From Rubripirellula sp. (lineage in GTDB: Bacteria > Planctomycetota > Planctomycetia > Pirellulales > Pirellulaceae), in NCBI GenBank assembly GCA_045110715.1, contig JBGCGI010000078.1:369-64368 (forward strand): a stretch of 64,000 bases of DNA. Direction: 5' to 3'. The notes below the pieces were generated by a model that saw nothing but the letters and a program-made list of their open reading frames with translations, did not search any database and was not told where the DNA came from. This document shows positions 58,167 to 64,000 of the stretch, piece by piece. The translations under genes were made by a program, and so were the position numbers. The number at the start of each line of letters is the position of its first letter. Positions within the stretch are counted from its first letter, which is position 1.

Positions 58167-58295
58167 AAAACTGCCTCTTGTACAAGCGGAAAGGATTCTT
58201 GACTTGACACTGTTTAACTTTACGGCAGTTTCGTACAGTTAGGCAAATAGAAATTGACGGTCCAATGCATTGATAAAGGCTATGTGTGCTTTCCT

Positions 58296-59204
58296 ATGGT
58301 TGATTGGCTGAATTATCACCACCTGATGTACTTCTGGATGGTCGCAAAAGAAGGTGGGATCACTGCCGCCGCAGAGGTGTTGCATCTGTCCCAACCGACG
58401 CTCAGCACGCAAGTTCAGAAGTTAGAAAAGTCATTGGGGATGAAGTTGTTTGAGCGTAAAGGACGCACAATGCATCTGACCGATAGTGGCCAGATGGTGT
58501 TTCGTTACGCAGACGAGATCTTTAACCTCGGCAATGAACTCGCTGACGCGGTTCGCGGGCGACCGGCAGATGATTCGCTACGGCTACTCGTTGGGGTGCC
58601 GGATGTGCTTCCCAAGTTGGTGACCTATCGGATTCTGAAGCCAGTGCTCGCCATGCAGGAACGCGTCAAGCTGATTTGCTACGAAGGAAAGCTGAAAGAC
58701 CTGCTGGCGGACCTTGCGATGCATCGTCTTGACGTTGTGCTGGCAGATTCCCCGCTGACACCGGAGTTGAACGTCCGTGCGTTCAATCACTTGCTTGGGC
58801 AATGTGATGTCACGGTTTTCGGAACCGCGGCGATGGCAAAGAAGTATACGAAGGGGTTCCCGTTGTCTCTGGACGGGGCACCGATGTTGTTGCCTACTCA
58901 GAATACGACTCTCCGGCGAGCGTTGGAGCAATGGTTTGACGACCAGGGTATTCAGCCGGACACCGTCCATGAATTTGAAGACAGCGCTGTCTTAAAAGTC
59001 TTTGGCCAGGCTGGCGAGGGGATGATTGTCGTACCGACGGCGGTAGCAGTCGACGTGGCTACGCAGTATTCGCTCGATCCTATCGGCCGCATCCCGAGCA
59101 TCATCGAAAAGTTCTACGCCATATCGGTAGAACGTCGGTTGAAGCATCCCGCCGTTGTCGCCATTTCCGAATCGGCCCGAACGAATCTGTTCGGCGAGCC
59201 GTAA
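58296..59204 (+). CDS. nhaR: LysR-family transcriptional activator NhaR-like
   Basis: WLNYHHLMYFWMVAKEG, LADLAMHRLDVVLAD, FNHLLG, EFEDSAVLKVFGQAG, YAISVERRLKHPAV. Divergent from the HPF gene. Confidence 0.9.
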   Translation: MVDWLNYHHLMYFWMVAKEGGITAAAEVLHLSQPTLSTQVQKLEKSLGMKLFERKGRTMHLTDSGQMVFRYADEIFNLGNELADAVRGRPADDSLRLLVGVPDVLPKLVTYRILKPVLAMQERVKLICYEGKLKDLLADLAMHRLDVVLADSPLTPELNVRAFNHLLGQCDVTVFGTAAMAKKYTKGFPLSLDGAPMLLPTQNTTLRRALEQWFDDQGIQPDTVHEFEDSAVLKVFGQAGEGMIVVPTAVAVDVATQYSLDPIGRIPSIIEKFYAISVERRLKHPAVVAISESARTNLFGEP

Positions 59205-59252
59205 GAAAAGTGTCCGGTTCGTGGAGGCGGCGAACTTAGGGACCTGTTGACA

Positions 59253-59840
59253 TCACAGACGATAAACGTTTTGAATTCCATCAAGCACCACTTGTTCGGC
59301 GGCGCAGATCTTGCCGATTCCCAGGAAGCCTCCTGATGCGAGTGCGACCGCGGTTGCTTGTTCGAGCAGCTGCTTGCCAACCACCCTTCGCTCAATTGCT
59401 GGTGTGTCCTGGAGTCGACACTGGGTGTAACGCACCCACAAGTCCCACAGCTGTTGGTCTGGTCGAACGTCAAGCCATGACTGTACACAGCAAGCGGCTG
59501 CAGGATGCTTGAGAAGCCGGTATTCATAGATCGACGACACCGCAGCGCGACTTTCTGCGTCGGTCACGGAATCGCTGGCCCAGGCAGCAAATGCAATTGG
59601 AGCAAGTTGTAGGGCGGTTAGTGTTTCTGGTCTGAAACCAGCCTCCATCAGCGCATCGATCACACGCACATTGTCGATTCCTGCTGCTTCGGCAAGAGCC
59701 CGTTTGGCTGCTTCTCGTTCAAAGTAGGCATCGAGTTGTTCGTAGGCGGTGGATTCGTCGAGCGGGACGAACACTACGGGATCCCAATCGTGATCCTGGC
59801 TTGTGAGCGGTGAGTTGATTGGGCCGGCGGAAGTCAACAT
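59253..59840 (-). CDS. Conserved hypothetical protein (possibly TerB-like helical fold)
   Basis: LAPIAFAAWASDSVTDAE and VALASGGFLGIGKIC motifs. Confidence 0.7.
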   Translation of the reverse strand: MLTSAGPINSPLTSQDHDWDPVVFVPLDESTAYEQLDAYFEREAAKRALAEAAGIDNVRVIDALMEAGFRPETLTALQLAPIAFAAWASDSVTDAESRAAVSSIYEYRLLKHPAAACCVQSWLDVRPDQQLWDLWVRYTQCRLQDTPAIERRVVGKQLLEQATAVALASGGFLGIGKICAAEQVVLDGIQNVYRL

Positions 59841-60052
59841 CGTGTAACTCCATGTTGGTTGGGTTCGAGCCTAGTGATCAGCAATCAGGCTTCGCCGAGC
59901 GAGGGAGATTCCGACTGATGATTCACTGTACGCCGGTCTATAATTATCGTGACATTGAAAATTGAGATGCTGGGTGGCGCAAAATCAATGCGTAGCGGCG
60001 TCACTGCCAGATATTGTTTCACGAGACGATCCCTTGCCACGGACTAAGAGAC

Positions 60053-60553
60053 ATGATTAACAAATCGATTTTGACCATGAATGCTCTGCTCGTCGGAGTG
60101 CTGCTAACGGTTCTGTTGACAGATCGTGTGCCGAACACTGCTCTGGCAATGACAGCACACGGGAGTGACAAGAAAACGATGGTCAGTGTCCCGTTGGATT
60201 CGGGCATGGAGGCGGTTGTCACGCTCGATCATGTGACCGGTGATATGACTGGATACGTGCTCAATCGAATGAACGGGCAATTCTTTATCAGATACCGATA
60301 CAACGTGGCCAAAGATTTCCCAGAACATAACGGTGCGTACATCATGGCCGCAGGACTGGCAGACCTACGCGGATTCAATAGCAACAATCGAGTTGGTATT
60401 GGCGTGCTCTATGTTTCCGAGGAGAACTCTGGACGTGTTTGTGCGTATGCGATTCCCTGGAACCCTCAGTTTGCAACAAACGCGGCTGCGAACCAAGACT
60501 TGCGGTTCATTCCATTGGACCACGCAAAAACGCGATTTCTGGAACTTCGATAG
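60053..60553 (+). CDS. Hypothetical exported or membrane-anchored protein
   Basis: Hydrophobic N-terminus (LLVGVLLTVLL) and plausible codon usage. No family recognised. Confidence 0.7.
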   Translation: MINKSILTMNALLVGVLLTVLLTDRVPNTALAMTAHGSDKKTMVSVPLDSGMEAVVTLDHVTGDMTGYVLNRMNGQFFIRYRYNVAKDFPEHNGAYIMAAGLADLRGFNSNNRVGIGVLYVSEENSGRVCAYAIPWNPQFATNAAANQDLRFIPLDHAKTRFLELR

Positions 60554-60593
60554 GGATCGCGTTCAAGCAATTGCGATACGCAGTTAGCGATGT

Positions 60594-61814
60594 TTAGCGG
60601 GGGACAAAAAGATTCCTCAAGGCGTGGCGGTCCATCGAACGCCACGCGGGATGACCCTTTAGGGGATGACCCTTTAGTTCACTCAGAGGTCCCACCTTGG
60701 CTGAATCGTCAACACTCCAGTCAAGCGTGTGATGGTCGCGGCCCGCGACTTTTCCTGTGCCTCGATTCTGGTGCCCTTTCACGAGGGCATGGTCATCGAT
60801 GCGGATGGCGAAGCCGTTCCTCGCACAGAGTCGGTTTCCCACCAATTCGATCGTTGCATCGGCTTGCTCTGTTTGCCCACCGATGATTCGCAGGGCTGGG
60901 TTCGTGCCGCCGATCACAAAATTGCCTTCGATTCGCAAGTTGGCAGGGACGGCTCCTTGATGCTCGCGAGAATAGATGCCGCATCCTGCGACACTTGCGA
61001 TCTTGTTATCACGAATGATCGCATCGGCGGCAGCCTGGATGCCATGATCGCCCGTGTTCCAAATCCAGTTGTTTTCGATGACGTTTCGAGCGTGGTCAGC
61101 GGTGCCGTAGACGGTGATGCCTGGATACTTCGTATCGTGGATCACGTTGCCAACGATCCGATTGCCATAGCTGCCTTGCTTGATTTCGATGCCGTCCCCT
61201 TGGCTGACGTTGACGCCGTTGAGATCGTGAATGTAGTTGTTCTCGATGACAGACTCAGAAATGATGGCGGACCCGCGATTGCCTCCTAAGTAGAACGCTT
61301 CCCCATGACCCGAGGTGTGGTGGATGTGGTTTCCGCGAAATGTCATGTGGCGATATTTGGCTCCTTCGTGGTTGCATGTGATCGCGACTCCGCCAATGTC
61401 GTGAATGTGTAGTCCCTCCAGAACAAGATCGCTGGGTTGCCTACCTGCGCGGGCGCTGATTCGAATCCCGGCAGCACCACCTGTGATCTCCAGACCGATG
61501 AGTCGCAGGTGTTGATTTCCTTCCAGATTAATCGTGTTTTGCTTGGCATCCGGTCGTTTGAAGACGACGGATGCACCGGCAGCGGCGCGGATCGTGACTG
61601 GTTCTTCCAACGTTCCGCTGTGACAGATGACGAGACGTCTCGAGTTGCTATAGATGCCGCTGCCTAAGACAACCTCGTCACCCGGCTGCAGACTGTCACC
61701 GGACAGGATGGAAAACCAATCGTCGCTCGGGCTGATCTCGATTGTTTCACCGAGCGTGATACCGGGAACCGAGAAAAGTAGAATCGCCACAAAGGCTAGT
61801 CGTTGAAGTCGCAT
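60594..61814 (-). CDS. Right-handed parallel beta-helix repeat protein (exported)
   Basis: Signal peptide, LQPGDEVVL..G.Y, repeated N.I.D/H turns (GNHIHHT, NNYIHD, GNVIHDT, NNWIWNT). Confidence 0.87.
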   Translation of the reverse strand: MRLQRLAFVAILLFSVPGITLGETIEISPSDDWFSILSGDSLQPGDEVVLGSGIYSNSRRLVICHSGTLEEPVTIRAAAGASVVFKRPDAKQNTINLEGNQHLRLIGLEITGGAAGIRISARAGRQPSDLVLEGLHIHDIGGVAITCNHEGAKYRHMTFRGNHIHHTSGHGEAFYLGGNRGSAIISESVIENNYIHDLNGVNVSQGDGIEIKQGSYGNRIVGNVIHDTKYPGITVYGTADHARNVIENNWIWNTGDHGIQAAADAIIRDNKIASVAGCGIYSREHQGAVPANLRIEGNFVIGGTNPALRIIGGQTEQADATIELVGNRLCARNGFAIRIDDHALVKGHQNRGTGKVAGRDHHTLDWSVDDSAKVGPLSELKGHPLKGHPAWRSMDRHALRNLFVPR

Positions 61815-62166
61815 GCTGGTCGCTGTGTTGGGAAGTTGGTTCTGATTCAAAAGCTTGCGAGCGAGCCTCCCTTCGTGTCGCCGTTCTTCATCCGTGATTG
61901 CTGGGGCCGCTGCTTCTTTCTCGATGGAACGTTCACCGACACCTTCATCGCTCTCGGCGAATCAATTTCAAAACTCAGGATGAGTTGAACTCAAGATAAC
62001 TTACGTTGCTTCGTCGCTAAGTACGAATCAATGCCACAACGAACTCGAATCTCTCGGCCCAATTGCTCGACCGATTGAAGAGGAGTAGTCTGTTGAACGT
62101 GGCCGCTTTGCCTGGAATCTATCAGCGATGATTGCTTCATCCTTCAGACATCGTTGGGAGGCGAGA

Positions 62167-62535
62167 ATGAAAAGTAAGCGAGAAATAGAGCGAGAAATTA
62201 GCCAAGCCGTTATTCGCTTTGAGAAGGAGTTCATGGGAAGAGGTCCGCTCGAAACGAAGTCTTACATCATCGAGGACATGGTCTTGGTGCGGCTCACCAA
62301 TGTTCTTACTCCAGCGGAAATGAAGCTCGCTGAGTCGGAGGATGCACAACGCGGGAAGTATTTGATCAAGCAAGTGCGGCAAGAATTGATCGAAAAAGGA
62401 AGGCCGCTTTTGGACGCCGTGATCAAGGAGATCCTTGACGTGGACGTCGTTAGTTTGCACACGGACATCAGTGCAAAAACTGGTGAGCGCGTGATCGTAT
62501 TTACTTTGGAGCGGAAGCCGAATTTTCAGGAATGA
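62167..62535 (+). CDS. DUF2294 / MpsC family protein
   Basis: ISQAVIRFEKEFMGRGP, LTPAE, VVSLHTDISAKTGERVIVFTL. Confidence 0.9.
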   Translation: MKSKREIEREISQAVIRFEKEFMGRGPLETKSYIIEDMVLVRLTNVLTPAEMKLAESEDAQRGKYLIKQVRQELIEKGRPLLDAVIKEILDVDVVSLHTDISAKTGERVIVFTLERKPNFQE

Positions 62536-62697
62536 CGAAAAGGCAAAAGAAAATTTCTCTCTTGGCTTGACCAAGACTAATGCCCTGCCTAAACTCCGAC
62601 CGATGAAGGTTTTGGCTGTTGCTGGAGTTCGCTCGCGAATCGTCAGGCAGTCAGAGAACAAAGTTTTTGTTGCACAGAATGAAACGTTTGTGCAAAG

Positions 62698-62739
62698 AAG
62701 GCTGGACGGTTGCACTTTGCACCCGTCCAGCCTTTTTTT
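62698..62739 (+). terminator. Intrinsic terminator 1 in the mpsC-dabB interval
   Basis: AGGCTGGACGG (62699-709) pairs with CCGTCCAGCCT (62723-733), followed by T7. Confidence 0.85.
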
Positions 62740-62884
62740 GTGCCTTGATCGAACATTAATAGACAACTGCTGAGGCGATGCCTGAGCCAAAGTAGCGCGA
62801 TTCCGAACAGATAGTCGGGATTGACTCGAACGACAAACAAATGACCGATTGCTAACGCCTCGATGGTTCAAAAGCCATCAGGAC

Positions 62885-62929
62885 AAGCCGGATGTGAAGC
62901 GCGATGTGTGCTTTCATCCGGCTTTTTTT
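62885..62929 (+). terminator. Intrinsic terminator 2, about 40 nt upstream of the dabB-like start codon
   Basis: AAGCCGGATG (62885-894) pairs with CATCCGGCTT (62915-924), followed by a T run to 62929. Confidence 0.85.
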
Positions 62930-62970
62930 ATACCCAACCTGCCCGATCTACTGCTCGGAGTTTTGATCAG

Positions 62971-64000
62971 ATGGAATTGTTCGCCGTAACACTATCGATG
63001 CCAATCCTGTGCCTCATCGCCTTGGTGTGTGTGCCGTCTCGATGGGCGAATGGGCATCAAGGAACATTGCGCCGAGCCGTGACTGTTGCGGTCGGACTTT
63101 TGTTCCTTCAGGCTCTGGCATTTGCCGTGATGTATGCAGTCAGCGGAGGTGGTGCTCGGGCCATCTCGCTATTGCAGTGGCCGGGTGAGTCGAGCATCGC
63201 GTTCGGAATCTACTATGACGGTGCAACGAGCTTGATGCTCACGCTGGTTAGTTTCGTTGGCTTTGTAGTGAGCCGGTTTTCCGTCCGTTACCTCGATGGG
63301 GAGGCGACTCAGGGGCGATATTTCAAGTGGTTGTCGTTCGCCATTGGTGTGGTCTCGCTGATGGTCGTGGCTGGAAACTTGCTGCTGTTCTTTGTTGCCT
63401 GGGTGATGACCAGCTTTGGTCTTCATCACTTGCTATTGCACTATCGGCATCGACCAGCCGCCCATCGAGCGGCTTGGACGAAGTTCGCGATCAGCCGTCT
63501 TGGCGACGCGTTCCTGATCTCCGCGATTGTTCTGACATACAAAACGTTTGGTACGCTTGACCTGTCGGAGTTGTTTGCACAAGCCGAACTGCTCGCAGTA
63601 ACCTCGGGAGCCACCGCAAGGCACGCAGCGATCGCCTGGTTGCTGATGCTGGGTGCGGTAACCAAATCTGCTCAATTTCCGTTTCACACTTGGCTACCTG
63701 ACTCGATGGAGACGCCGACGCCGGTGTCGGCGCTAATGCACGCTGGCATCGTCAACGCGGGAGGTTATCTCGTGATTCGGATGAGTCCGCTGGTTGGACT
63801 GGGCCCCAATGCTCTGGTGGCTCTGGCAGTGATTGGAGCCGTGACGGCTTGCTACGCGGGTGTTGTGATGATGACGCAATCGAGTGTGAAGCGAAGTTTA
63901 GCGTATTCGACGATTGCACAGATGGGCTTCATGATGCTGCAGTGCGGACTTGGAGCATTTTCTGCTGCGATGCTGCATCTTCTCGCCCATTCGCTGTACA
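62971..64000 (+). CDS. NuoL/ND5-like proton-conducting membrane subunit, DabB/MpsA type (runs off the right edge)
   Basis: Not in the ORF track because it is truncated. Hand translation from ATG 62971 (GGAG at 62957-60) gives RFSVRYLDGE, KFAISRLGD, TKSAQFPFHTWLPDSMETPTPVSALMHAGIVNAGG, LAYSTIAQMGFM..QCGLG...HLLAHSLY. The DabB/MpsA assignment rests on the adjacent DUF2294 gene. Confidence 0.88.
   Translation, partial: MELFAVTLSMPILCLIALVCVPSRWANGHQGTLRRAVTVAVGLLFLQALAFAVMYAVSGGGARAISLLQWPGESSIAFGIYYDGATSLMLTLVSFVGFVVSRFSVRYLDGEATQGRYFKWLSFAIGVVSLMVVAGNLLLFFVAWVMTSFGLHHLLLHYRHRPAAHRAAWTKFAISRLGDAFLISAIVLTYKTFGTLDLSELFAQAELLAVTSGATARHAAIAWLLMLGAVTKSAQFPFHTWLPDSMETPTPVSALMHAGIVNAGGYLVIRMSPLVGLGPNALVALAVIGAVTACYAGVVMMTQSSVKRSLAYSTIAQMGFMMLQCGLGAFSAAMLHLLAHSLY

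Noticed and set aside
58167-58295. Specific NhaR/LysR operator (ATTG-N6-CAAT, CAATGCATTG)
   Set aside because: The palindromes are short, do not fit T-N11-A cleanly, and cannot be told apart from chance.
59855-59885. GGTTCGAGCC tRNA-like motif
   Set aside because: The flanks do not form a 5-bp T-stem or a cloverleaf.
62137-62871. 244-aa minus-strand ORF spanning mpsC and the leader
   Set aside because: It is antisense to a well-supported gene and crosses the terminator structures, with no protein features.
1-64000. CRISPR arrays, rRNA, transposases, prophage or defence genes
   Set aside because: No regularly spaced repeat-spacer pattern and no integrase, transposase or phage motifs were seen. 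The repeats found are coding low-complexity tracts or short local repeats.

Overview
Housekeeping and glycan-catabolic DNA from a GC-rich planctomycete. The Pirellulaceae-like assignment is inferred from gene content: four Cys-type sulfatases, a DUF1592/DUF1552 pair, DUF1571, DUF1080, a BBP7-like beta-barrel, a Ser/Thr kinase and ECF sigma factors. About 45 CDSs are supported. I saw no rRNA, tRNA, CRISPR array or intact mobile element. Main observations: (1) The ORFs 2631..3446 and 3516..3791 are one reading frame interrupted by a single TGA. That TGA sits exactly at the first position of a thioredoxin-fold redox motif (FAFG-U-INC), is followed by a SECIS-like hairpin, and so indicates a probably exported selenoprotein redoxin, overlapping a sulfatase start. 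(2) At the right edge, an mpsC/DUF2294 gene and a dabB/mpsA-like inorganic-carbon transporter subunit are separated by a structured ~430-nt region. It holds two tandem intrinsic terminators, one with a switchable alternative pairing, suggesting an undescribed attenuator or riboswitch. An NhaR-like LysR, an HPF-like protein and an atypical sigma factor lie nearby. (3) There are several domain fusions: carbamoyltransferase+SxtJ-like, sulfatase+GH71/99-like, and Ser/Thr kinase+DNRLRE-like domain. All family assignments come from motif recognition, not database searches.
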